Below, one piece after another: positions 8,446 to 16,394 of a stretch of DNA of 30,303 bases. Within the stretch, counting starts at the first letter, position 1; each line of letters starts with the position of its first letter. The notes under the pieces are model-generated. The model did not search any database. It saw only the letters and a program-made list of their open reading frames with translations, and was not told where the DNA came from. Source of the stretch: an uncultured Candidatus Bathyarchaeia archaeon (GTDB lineage: Archaea > Thermoproteota > Bathyarchaeia > Bathyarchaeales > Bathycorpusculaceae); contig CAYVGZ010000006.1 in NCBI GenBank assembly GCA_964450845.1, positions 1-30,303 of the forward strand. The letters run 5' to 3'. Both the position numbers and the translations under genes were made by a program.

Positions 8446-9689
8446 TTCAACGCCGACAATCCCTTGAAACTTCAAGCCTGGAAGAACTCAAAAATTTGGC
8501 GGAATCCGCAGGATACACGGTCGTCGGCAAAATAGAGCAAGTTAGAGAACCGGACTCTCGCTACCAAATAGGCGCCGGAAAAGTGGAAGAACTTGCTGAA
8601 CTTGCAAAAGAAACGCATGCCCAAAAAATAATTTTTGACAATCCATTAAAACCGGTTCAAGCTTACAATTTAGCAAAAGCCACAGACGTCGAAGCCATCG
8701 ACCGCTTTCAGCTAATCCTCGAAATCTTCACAAGAAGAGCAACAACGACTGAAGCTCAGCTGCAAATTCAATTAGCGAGGCAGCAATACGAGTTAGCACA
8801 TGCAAAGGAAAGGGTAAGATTGGCAAGAAAGGAAGAGCAACCAGGATTTATGGGACTCGGCGCATACGAAGTAGATGTTTATTATGAAGCCGTAAAGAGA
8901 CAAGTACACACCATACGCAGAAAACTAAAGAAAATACGAGAAAAACGGCTTCTACACCGCGAAAGAAGAGCGGAGCTAGGTTTTTCATCAATTTCTCTAG
9001 CCGGATACACAAACGCTGGAAAAAGCTCTCTGTTTAACTCCCTCGCAGAGGAAGAAGTTACTGTGGATGAAACTTTATTCACAACCCTCTCCACAACAAC
9101 AAGGCTTGTCAACTTTTCAAAGAAGAAGTTTATATTAACTGACACCGTTGGCTTCATAGACCGTTTACCACTAACGCTAATAGAGGCGTTCCATTCAACA
9201 CTTGAAGAAACCATCTACTCAGACCTAATACTTTTGGTTGTGGATGCAAGCGAGCCAATCAATATCATTGAAAAGAAACTTATCGTCTGCCTAGAAACAA
9301 TAGAACGCATAGGAGCATCTGGCATCCCAATAATAACAGCCTTAAACAAAATTGACTTATTGCCAGAAACAGAGGCCCACCAAAAACTCGAAAACCTAAA
9401 ACGGAAAGTACTAAACCCCATGCCTGTTTCGGCACTGTACAAAACCAATCTTGATGAACTAAAACAGGATGTACTGAAAATGCTGAAAAACTATGTTCGC
9501 GTCTCCTTTACTATTCCTTCAACAAGCGAAACAATGTCACTTATATCATGGCTTTTCAAAAGGGCAGATGTTCAAACAATAAAGTATGTGGATAATTCTG
9601 CCTACGTGGTTTTTGAGGCAATTCCTTGGTTTGCGGAGAAAGTGAAAAGTCGTGTGGAAGAACTTCATGGAAAATTCGAAAAGGTCTAA
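8430..9689 (+). CDS. hflX: Ribosome-associated GTPase HflX
   Basis: Motifs IDRFQLILEIF, G1 AGYTNAGKSSLFN, LFTTLSTTT, G3 DTVGF and G4 NKID. The family-like N-terminus extends in frame upstream of the track start (TTG 8496) to ACG-AAA-GCC-ATC at 8430; see findings. Confidence 0.95.
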   Translation, partial: TKAIIVQRRQSLETSSLEELKNLAESAGYTVVGKIEQVREPDSRYQIGAGKVEELAELAKETHAQKIIFDNPLKPVQAYNLAKATDVEAIDRFQLILEIFTRRATTTEAQLQIQLARQQYELAHAKERVRLARKEEQPGFMGLGAYEVDVYYEAVKRQVHTIRRKLKKIREKRLLHRERRAELGFSSISLAGYTNAGKSSLFNSLAEEEVTVDETLFTTLSTTTRLVNFSKKKFILTDTVGFIDRLPLTLIEAFHSTLEETIYSDLILLVVDASEPINIIEKKLIVCLETIERIGASGIPIITALNKIDLLPETEAHQKLENLKRKVLNPMPVSALYKTNLDELKQDVLKMLKNYVRVSFTIPSTSETMSLISWLFKRADVQTIKYVDNSAYVVFEAIPWFAEKVKSRVEELHGKFEKV

Positions 9690-9716
9690 ACACAGAAAAA
9701 CTGCAAAGTGAAAAAC

Positions 9717-10259
9717 ATGCCCAAAGTCGTAGTGTTAAGGTGGGGTCACCGACCTCGCAGAGATGCAAGGCTTACAACACATGTCGCATTAACGGCTCGA
9801 GCGCTAGGAGCATCAGGCCTTATATTATCAGACACAAAAGACGAAAAAATTAAGGAAACAATTGAGAAAGTCGCAAAAAACTGGGGAGGCCCTTTCTTCT
9901 TTGAAATGAAAACACCTTGTAAAGAAGCTGTTAAACAATGGAAAGCAAAAGGGGGAATAGTTGTTCACCTAACAGCCTATGGAGAAAACATCCAAACAAG
10001 CGATGTGCTGAAGAAGATTAAAGAAGCTGGAAAAGATATTTTAGTTATTGTTGGAAGCCAAAAAGTTCCACGAGAATTCTTTTCAGAAGCTTTTTCCGAC
10101 TTTAACGTAGCAGTTGGGAATCAACCCCACTCAGAATGTGCTAGCCTAGCTGTTTTCCTAGACCGCTTATTCGAAGGAGAGGAATTGAAGAAAAACTTTG
10201 AGGACGCAAAGGTGATTATAATCCCTCAGAAAAGGGGAAAGAAAACTATACATTTCTGA
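9717..10259 (+). CDS. trm56: tRNA (cytidine(56)-2'-O)-methyltransferase, SPOUT family
   Basis: Motifs LRWGHRPRRDARLTTHVALTARALGA, VHLTAYG, VGSQKVP and NVAVGNQPHSECASLAVFLDR. ATG at 9717; alternative GTG at 9708. Confidence 0.95.
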   Translation: MPKVVVLRWGHRPRRDARLTTHVALTARALGASGLILSDTKDEKIKETIEKVAKNWGGPFFFEMKTPCKEAVKQWKAKGGIVVHLTAYGENIQTSDVLKKIKEAGKDILVIVGSQKVPREFFSEAFSDFNVAVGNQPHSECASLAVFLDRLFEGEELKKNFEDAKVIIIPQKRGKKTIHF

Positions 10260-10329
10260 TTCAGATTTCTGATAAAGAGATTTAAATTAAAGCTTACATA
10301 TATACTATAGAGAGACGAGTGTTCAACAG

Positions 10330-10860
10330 TTGAGCAAAAGGTTCACCATGTTATCAACCATAGACGGCATAACCTTAATGAAAGTTGCAGAAGCATTAGG
10401 CGAAGAGGAAGCTGTTAAATTAATCGAGATTCTAAAAAATTCAGAAGAAACAACAGATGATGAAATAGCCAACAAAACGGGCATAAGGCTAAACTCCGTC
10501 CGCAAAATTCTCTATAAACTTTACGACCATTCTCTTGTTAGTTTAAGGAGAACACGCGACCCAAAAACTGGATGGTTCATATTCCACTGGAAGCTGCAAC
10601 CAGATCAGCTTGAAGGCTTCATACTAAGCCAAAAACGCCGAGTACTCGAAAAGCTTGACACCAGACTTGAATACGAGAAAAACCACGACTTTTTCTATTG
10701 TAATACTCCAGGATGCAGACGAATTCCATTCGAGGAGGCTGTGGAACTTGTCTTTCGATGCCCAACATGTGGCAAACCTTTAATGCATTATGAAAACGAC
10801 AAAATCGTTCAATCGTTAACACAGAAACTCGAACAGTTAAGGAAGGAACTAGGTGAGTGA
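10330..10860 (+). CDS. tfe: Transcription factor E (archaeal TFE alpha)
   Basis: Winged-helix region TDDEIANKTGIRLNSVRKILYKLY, GWFIFHW, and Zn ribbon FYC...FEEAVELVFRCPTCGKPL. Start may be ATG 10348. Confidence 0.95.
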   Translation: MSKRFTMLSTIDGITLMKVAEALGEEEAVKLIEILKNSEETTDDEIANKTGIRLNSVRKILYKLYDHSLVSLRRTRDPKTGWFIFHWKLQPDQLEGFILSQKRRVLEKLDTRLEYEKNHDFFYCNTPGCRRIPFEEAVELVFRCPTCGKPLMHYENDKIVQSLTQKLEQLRKELGE

Positions 10861-11392
10861 AAAGCTTCCATCAAGAGAGCAAGCGTTGCAATTTCTCCGT
10901 CAAAGTGGATGCTCAAGGAATGTAATAAAACATTGCGAAGCAGTAGCTGAACTTGCCGTAGAAATAGCTGACGCTTGTAAGGAGAGAGGAGTAGAAGTTG
11001 ATTCGGAACTTGTGGAAATAGGAGCCATTCTGCATGACATTGGACGATCAAAAACTCACAGCGTCCACCACGCAGTAATAGGAGCCGAAATTGCAGAATC
11101 ATTGGGGTTACCAGAAACAGTTGTTTCACTAATAAAAAGGCATGTTGGCGGAGGAATTACAGCAAGAGAGGCGAAGAAATTGGGATGGCCGATGGATATT
11201 TATGTTCCCCAAACCCTTGAAGAAAAGATTGTTTCTTATGCGGACAAGCTGATTGAAGGTTCAAAACGGGTACCAATAGAGAGGACTATAAAAAATTTTT
11301 CTAAAGAGTTACCACCATCTGCCATTGCAAAGATACAACGGTTGCACAGGGAAATGCTGGCTTTAGTTGGCGACTGCAAATGCCTACCGTGA
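10853..11392 (+). CDS. HD-superfamily phosphohydrolase (archaeal TIGR00295-like)
   Basis: Motifs IKHC, GAILHDIGRSKTH, HAVIGAEI, RHVGGGI and EEKIVSYADKL. Overlaps the tfe stop codon. Confidence 0.9.
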   Translation: MSEKLPSREQALQFLRQSGCSRNVIKHCEAVAELAVEIADACKERGVEVDSELVEIGAILHDIGRSKTHSVHHAVIGAEIAESLGLPETVVSLIKRHVGGGITAREAKKLGWPMDIYVPQTLEEKIVSYADKLIEGSKRVPIERTIKNFSKELPPSAIAKIQRLHREMLALVGDCKCLP

Positions 11393-12162
11393 CTTTACTC
11401 GCAAAAACCTATGACAGGTTTCAACTAAAACTCGTTGACAAGTTTTTAAAGTCCACACTTAAAGGTTTAAAAGTTGAAGTCAAGATTTGTGGGGTTACCT
11501 CTCGCGGATGGATTCAAATAGCCGTTTCTGGTGAAGATGAAAAAGTGGCGTTACGCTATCTATCTGAAGCGATAGGACTATGCCCAACACGTTTAGAGGA
11601 TGTAGAGAAATTCACAACAATAAAAGGTCGTATAGTATCCATGGACAAAAGCAAGAGTGAACTCTATGTAGACATAGGAGCTTTCTCGCCTAAAATCATT
11701 GACGCTACAATTCCTCTGCAACGTTTACAAGGACAGCTTGTCGATGGAAGAAAAGTTGCATTCAACAAACTAGTTCAACTTTTTGGGTTCTGCGAAAACT
11801 TGCCATTAAGCGTTAAAATTCTCAGCATAGACAAAGAAAAAAACCACGCTGAAGCCATGCTTTCGGAAAAACAACTCACTCAGTATGGAAATTGGACAAA
11901 ATCTTTGCTAGACAGATTAATAATCTTGGGCTCATCAATTTATGACGTTAGATTGACCTTAAAAAAAGCAGATTTAAACCGAGACATATTGAACATAGAA
12001 ACGTTAAGCTTATTTGAGCTTGCCCTCATATGCAAACTTGGAACAGACGCTGCAGGCTTAATTCCGAAAATTGGTAGAAACCTACGAAACGCAACATTTA
12101 AGGTATTTAATCCCAAAAAAGTGCTAGAATTCCTAGACTATCCACATGTATTCATCTCCTAG
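11380..12162 (+). CDS. Conserved archaeal protein, DUF2110-like
   Basis: Motifs GWIQIAVSGEDE, LYVDIG, ICKLGTDAAGLIPKIG. Usual position after the tfe and HD genes. Confidence 0.75.
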   Translation: MPTVTLLAKTYDRFQLKLVDKFLKSTLKGLKVEVKICGVTSRGWIQIAVSGEDEKVALRYLSEAIGLCPTRLEDVEKFTTIKGRIVSMDKSKSELYVDIGAFSPKIIDATIPLQRLQGQLVDGRKVAFNKLVQLFGFCENLPLSVKILSIDKEKNHAEAMLSEKQLTQYGNWTKSLLDRLIILGSSIYDVRLTLKKADLNRDILNIETLSLFELALICKLGTDAAGLIPKIGRNLRNATFKVFNPKKVLEFLDYPHVFIS

Positions 12163-13060
12163 CAACCAAGTATACCCCTATAAATACCAGAAAACCCCCT
12201 ACAAGAATAAACGTGCTTAATTCTTCTCCCACAAATATGGTCGCAAATAACACGGTGACCAACGGTTCTGCGAACAAAAACGAACTAGTAATTGCCGCTT
12301 CCACATGCTTCATTACATAGAACCAAATGTAATAGCCTAACAGCGAACATGTAACAGCTAAGAAGAGAATTGCCAACCAACTGTAGAGACTCATCGTAAA
12401 AATTTGATAAAAAGAGTTCTCAGCTAAGGAAAAAGGAATTAGACATAAGCCCCCTAGCACATTTACGTAAGCCACGACGAGAAAAGGACTGTACCTGTCC
12501 ATTATCTTCTTTCCAACAAGACTGTACGTAGCCCAAAGAGCAGGAGTGAACAGCAAAATCACGCTTCCAAGAAGGAATTCTCGGTGACTAGGAAGGCTTA
12601 TGGTGCCACCAGTAACAACAATGATGGTGCCCAGCGCAGCAATTCCAACTCCGAAAACCTGCTTTTTCACTAAATGTTCCTTGAATATTATAGTAGAAAG
12701 AAGAGTTATGAGAACTGGTGAAAGTAGGCAGACTAAGATAGCAGCGATGGAAGCTCCTGCCATTTGGATACCTGTATACTGAGCGATAAAGAAGAACGTT
12801 ACACCCGTAAGAGCAAGAAATAAAAGCATTGGAAAATCTTTCCTTTCAACAAGAAACCTATAATTTCTCCTTATTCTTTTCTCAATTAAAATCGTGGCAA
12901 GAAAAAGTCCGCCTGCAATAAGAAACCTGAAAGTCGCTATTGAAATAGGAGTTAGCCCTTCTCTCAACGCTATTTTGACAATCACAAAAGAGCTTCCCCA
13001 AAATAGAATTAGAGTGAACATTAGGAAGGTGTTAAAGCGACTGATTGCCCTGTCATTCAT
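12152..13060 (-). CDS. EamA/DMT-family transporter
   Basis: About 10 hydrophobic segments in two repeats, with WGSSFVIVK, RFLIAG and EPLVTVLFATIFVGE. Its 3' end overlaps the DUF2110 gene by 11 nt. Confidence 0.92.
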   Translation of the reverse strand: MNDRAISRFNTFLMFTLILFWGSSFVIVKIALREGLTPISIATFRFLIAGGLFLATILIEKRIRRNYRFLVERKDFPMLLFLALTGVTFFFIAQYTGIQMAGASIAAILVCLLSPVLITLLSTIIFKEHLVKKQVFGVGIAALGTIIVVTGGTISLPSHREFLLGSVILLFTPALWATYSLVGKKIMDRYSPFLVVAYVNVLGGLCLIPFSLAENSFYQIFTMSLYSWLAILFLAVTCSLLGYYIWFYVMKHVEAAITSSFLFAEPLVTVLFATIFVGEELSTFILVGGFLVFIGVYLVARR

Positions 13061-13310
13061 GAAAGAGATTCTATTTGTGCATCTATAAAGGATTAGCTAA
13101 AAACGTTACACTTGAATTTTCCAAATTCCAATTCTAAATCCGCTTATTTCCGAAATTCTATGTTTCTTCACGTTTAGAATTTAGAAAATTAGAAACTTGA
13201 TCGTTGCTTGAGAAAAGAGAATTAATGTTTTGGAGTCGTACAAGTGGTTCAAAACGTTTATTAAGTCTTAATATACAACTAATATGCATAAGCTGAGCAG
13301 AGGACGGAAA

Positions 13311-13493
13311 ATGAAAAATTACTTGAAAATAAACATGAGCCCAGACAACGAATTCTCTCTCACTCCAATATCTGAAAAAACCAGAGAAAAACACCTGACC
13401 GAAATACTGAGTGTTTCCTCTCTGAAGAACCTGACTTTGAAACAACGGAAGAAAGAGGCAAGTAGACCGATTTACCTAGTTCGATATGAATAG
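13311..13493 (+). CDS. Possible small hypothetical protein (60 aa)
   Basis: ATG ORF MKNYLKINMSPDNEFSLTP...RPIYLVRYE in an otherwise empty 600-bp gap, with TATA-like TTAATATA upstream. No recognisable motif. Confidence 0.35.
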   Translation: MKNYLKINMSPDNEFSLTPISEKTREKHLTEILSVSSLKNLTLKQRKKEASRPIYLVRYE

Positions 13494-13675
13494 CAACTGT
13501 TTTTTCTACTGAAGAATTTTTGGAAATATAAAAGCTTCATTGTTAACTGAGAAAATGAAGCCTGACAAATGATAGTATTAACAGCAGTAGCAGTTGAGAA
13601 GTGTTTAAACAACAGAGAGGCTGGAGAGAACTAAGAGGTTGCAAAGAGGTATAGACTAAGCGCACGAAGTGCATT

Positions 13676-14080
13676 CTACTTTTCAATCATTTTCGGATGA
13701 ACCAGTTGACGACAATGGGGGCAATGTACTAATGCTTTGTCTTCAGTTGATCTCCACTTTTTGTTGCAGTAAGGACATTGAAACCACACAGTTTTTCCAG
13801 GAAGAAGAAACCATTGTCGGCTCAAAACCCATACTATCACTCCTAAAACTAGCAATGCGTCACCCAAAATGACAAAGTATATGAGTTTAAACTCGAATCC
13901 AGAAATGAGAGTCAACTCCTCCGTCCAGAGAAGTGAGATATAAGTTGAAAAAGCATTTTCACTCGTAGAGATTTGTGGCCATGTTAGCCACACAGTCACA
14001 AAAAGAGCTGTTATTCCCATTAAGCAAAGTATTAGGCTGAGAGCATGCGCGGATTTCTGAGTGCGAAGAATTTTCTTCAT
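13676..14080 (-). CDS. Hypothetical membrane protein, two TM helices plus C-terminal Zn ribbon
   Basis: Two hydrophobic segments followed by CPYC-x13-CPHC. Confidence 0.8.
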   Translation of the reverse strand: MKKILRTQKSAHALSLILCLMGITALFVTVWLTWPQISTSENAFSTYISLLWTEELTLISGFEFKLIYFVILGDALLVLGVIVWVLSRQWFLLPGKTVWFQCPYCNKKWRSTEDKALVHCPHCRQLVHPKMIEK

Positions 14081-14237
14081 TTTGGATTCTTACTTTTTGT
14101 TCAGTCGTTCTGTTTTATTAGATTTATGAAGTAGGAGTAAACGTGTGTATTTTCAACCTCAGTCTGAAACAGTTGTTGACACAACTTCCACCAATAGCTA
14201 CACAGAACAACGCAAATCAATTGATAAAAACATTGAT

Positions 14238-14315
14238 TGGTGGGCCGGGCCGGACTTGAACCGGCGACCTTTGGCTCGTAAAGCCAATGTCCTAACCAAG
14301 CTAGACGACCAGCCC
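14238..14315 (-). tRNA. tRNA-Val (anticodon TAC), intronless, CCA encoded
   Basis: Minus strand GGGCTGGTCGTCTAGCTTGGTTAGGACATTGGCTTTACGAGCCAAAGGTCGCCGGTTCAAGTCCGGCCCGGCCCACCA. Acceptor stem GGGCTGG/CCGGCCC, anticodon arm TTGGC-TTTACGA-GCCAA, T arm GCCGG-TTCAAGT-CCGGC. Confidence 0.96.
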
Positions 14316-14401
14316 CAACATTGGTAAATTCATTCTTACATATGCAAATTTCTTAATAACGTAAATCACAGTATTATTTGTTTTTGATACGGTATTCTAG
14401 T

Positions 14402-15382
14402 TTATATCGTTGACACTATTTTTTCAATAACGTCAACAGGATTGTCAAGCTTTTCTAGCAGATTTTTCACATTCCATCTCCGTCCCAAATTCTTTCTAGC
14501 GCATCTTAATGCCTGTGGCATGTCACTAAAAGTGAAGATAGGGAAGCCTTTTCTCTCCAAATAATCATTTACGTGAAAGCGACCTATTGTTGAAATGATG
14601 ATGCTACATGTTCCTTGAAGTGCTGCTTCCCGAGCGATCGTTCCGCCGGCACTCACCACGATATCTGCTTGAGCTGCTAGACTGACGGAATCTACAAGTT
14701 TTGTAGGAATAACAATTCCCTTTCTCGTGCGTCTATAATATCTCGATAAGAATACGACTTTCCCCAGAGAAGTTAACTTCTTGGCCAAGGCTATGGTAGT
14801 GTCTGGTTTGCCCTTGGCATAAGAAGCCTTAGTCTGTAATTGTCTAACCACAATCAGAGGGCGCTCATATTTTTGCTCGATTTTTGGCTGAACGTTTTTT
14901 ACCCAAGCCACTTCGTCCACACCATCGAATTGTATGATTCGCTTAGCTCCGTAACCCTCAAAAAAGGACGTTGGGATAGCCTTTGGGATCACTAAGTAAT
15001 CTGTAAGAGGCGTCGTTAGTCTTTTTACAGCCTCTGCGTGGGGAGTATCATTTGTACATATTGATGGAATACCCAGACCGAAAGCGACTCGGCATAATTC
15101 TACTGAACCATGAGATATGCCTATGTCCGGCGGGTTTTTTTCGAACATTCTGCAAAACTTGAGCTGACGTCTAGTGCTTTCCATTAATTTTCCAGAAAGA
15201 GAACCTAAACCATATCTCCCTACAACTACAAAATTTTCATTCAGCAGCTTTGCAAGCGGTAGAGTATCAGGATGCTCTCTTGTAGTTAAAATAACGTCGT
15301 GTCCGAGTTTTCTAAACCGCTGAGCAACCGCCACTGCATATCTAACATGTTTTCCGGTGCATGCATCATACCAAATTTTCGT
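14402..15382 (-). CDS. DUF354-family protein (GT-B-like fold; putative glycosyltransferase or epimerase-related)
   Basis: Motifs KIWYDACTGKHVRY, GHDVILTTR, SHGSVELCRVAFGLGIPSI..NDTPHA, GGTIAREAALQG. The N-terminus extends upstream of the track start (GTG 15334) to ACG at 15382. Confidence 0.85.
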   Translation of the reverse strand, partial: TKIWYDACTGKHVRYAVAVAQRFRKLGHDVILTTREHPDTLPLAKLLNENFVVVGRYGLGSLSGKLMESTRRQLKFCRMFEKNPPDIGISHGSVELCRVAFGLGIPSICTNDTPHAEAVKRLTTPLTDYLVIPKAIPTSFFEGYGAKRIIQFDGVDEVAWVKNVQPKIEQKYERPLIVVRQLQTKASYAKGKPDTTIALAKKLTSLGKVVFLSRYYRRTRKGIVIPTKLVDSVSLAAQADIVVSAGGTIAREAALQGTCSIIISTIGRFHVNDYLERKGFPIFTFSDMPQALRCARKNLGRRWNVKNLLEKLDNPVDVIEKIVSTI

Positions 15383-15424
15383 CTCGACACCTCCAGAAAA
15401 TGGGGTTGAACTAGCATTTAAACA

Positions 15425-16138
15425 TCATTTGAAATCACTAAGGACCTTGTCTAGAAACTTTGTCAAATCCTCTTCACTTACTCTTCTTCGAAACTCCTGA
15501 AAGAGTTCTTCGGGCAATCTCCACTTCTCATCGACAGTTTTTGCAACTTTTGCAGGAACTCCATAGGCAACGGAAAAATCTGGCAAGTCCTTGGTGACAA
15601 CCGAATGCGCCCCTATTATGCATTCTCTACCTATAATAACTCCAGGAAGCACTGTTACATTCACAGCTATTCCTGTACCAAATTTGATGCGTGGTGCGTG
15701 AGGCACAAACTTCTTCAAGTGTCTTCTTCCGTGCAGCATGTCAGGGTCGTTAGCGCCAACAAACTCTGGAGCTATAAACACCCAATCTTCAATGATGAGC
15801 CCTGTAGTCAGGTGACATTGACTATGTATCAGAACATTGTTACCAATCCAATTTTTGCCCTCGCTAGCACTCAGCGACCCAAATATTGAATTGTCGCCAA
15901 TGTTGGTTTCCCTTCGTAACACGGCATTGGTGCCTATTCTAGAATGTCTTCCTATGTTGCAGTTATGCTCTATGAAAGCCCCGAATTGTATGATGCTCTC
16001 GTCGCCAATCTTCGTGTTTTCACCAATGTATACGTTAGGAAATATAACAACATCATCACCTATGGTAGCGTTGTCTTTGATGATGCTATTCTGCCCTATC
16101 TTTACCCTTTTACCAAGACTGACATTATCACCTATCAC
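15425..16138 (-). CDS. Hexapeptide-repeat (left-handed beta-helix) acyltransferase, sugar N-acetyltransferase-like
   Basis: Long [LIV]G-x4 repeats (IGDNV, IGQNS, IGENT, IGRHS), and IGAHSVVTKDLP...YGVPAK. GTG start after AGGAG. Confidence 0.9.
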   Translation of the reverse strand: MIGDNVSLGKRVKIGQNSIIKDNATIGDDVVIFPNVYIGENTKIGDESIIQFGAFIEHNCNIGRHSRIGTNAVLRRETNIGDNSIFGSLSASEGKNWIGNNVLIHSQCHLTTGLIIEDWVFIAPEFVGANDPDMLHGRRHLKKFVPHAPRIKFGTGIAVNVTVLPGVIIGRECIIGAHSVVTKDLPDFSVAYGVPAKVAKTVDEKWRLPEELFQEFRRRVSEEDLTKFLDKVLSDFK

Positions 16139-16300
16139 TTTTCTGCCTCTCCTAAGCTAGTTGCCACCTACTATATTTTACAATTAATATTTATTTGTTA
16201 ATGATTACACATTTTTCATTTTAGATTGTTGTACGCAATCTTCCTTTCAACGGTGCTCAACGCCTTAAGAAACAATGGAAGATTTTAAATAGCTCAAAGA

Positions 16301-16317
16301 GAAAGCGACTTTTAAAA
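16301..16317 (+). promoter_or_regulatory. BRE/TATA-like promoter for the Gfo/acyltransferase/DegT operon
   Basis: GAAAGCGAC-TTTTAAAA about 80 nt upstream of ATG 16395, with strong SD AAAGGAGGAG at 16381-16390. Confidence 0.4.
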
Positions 16318-16394
16318 CGAGAAGAGTTGATAATACACACTTACATATTTGATTAACCCACTATTATCAGTAGCGGAATTAAAGGAGGAGAGGC

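Noticed and set aside
13540-13600. C/D-box sRNA-like words (ATGAAG, CTGA, ATGATA)
   Set aside because: Box order and spacing do not fit a C-D'-C'-D layout.
14238-14315. tRNA-Val as an integration site for the sugar locus
   Set aside because: No duplicate of the tRNA 3' end and no integrase were seen, and the locus lies on the tRNA 5' side.
14238-14315. Unusual tRNA features (U5:G68 wobble, U32, G37)
   Set aside because: The cloverleaf is intact with no intron or BHB motif, and these variants fall within what I expect for archaeal tRNA-Val.
14145-14327. 60-aa plus-strand ORF
   Set aside because: It runs antisense across the tRNA-Val gene and is almost certainly not coding.
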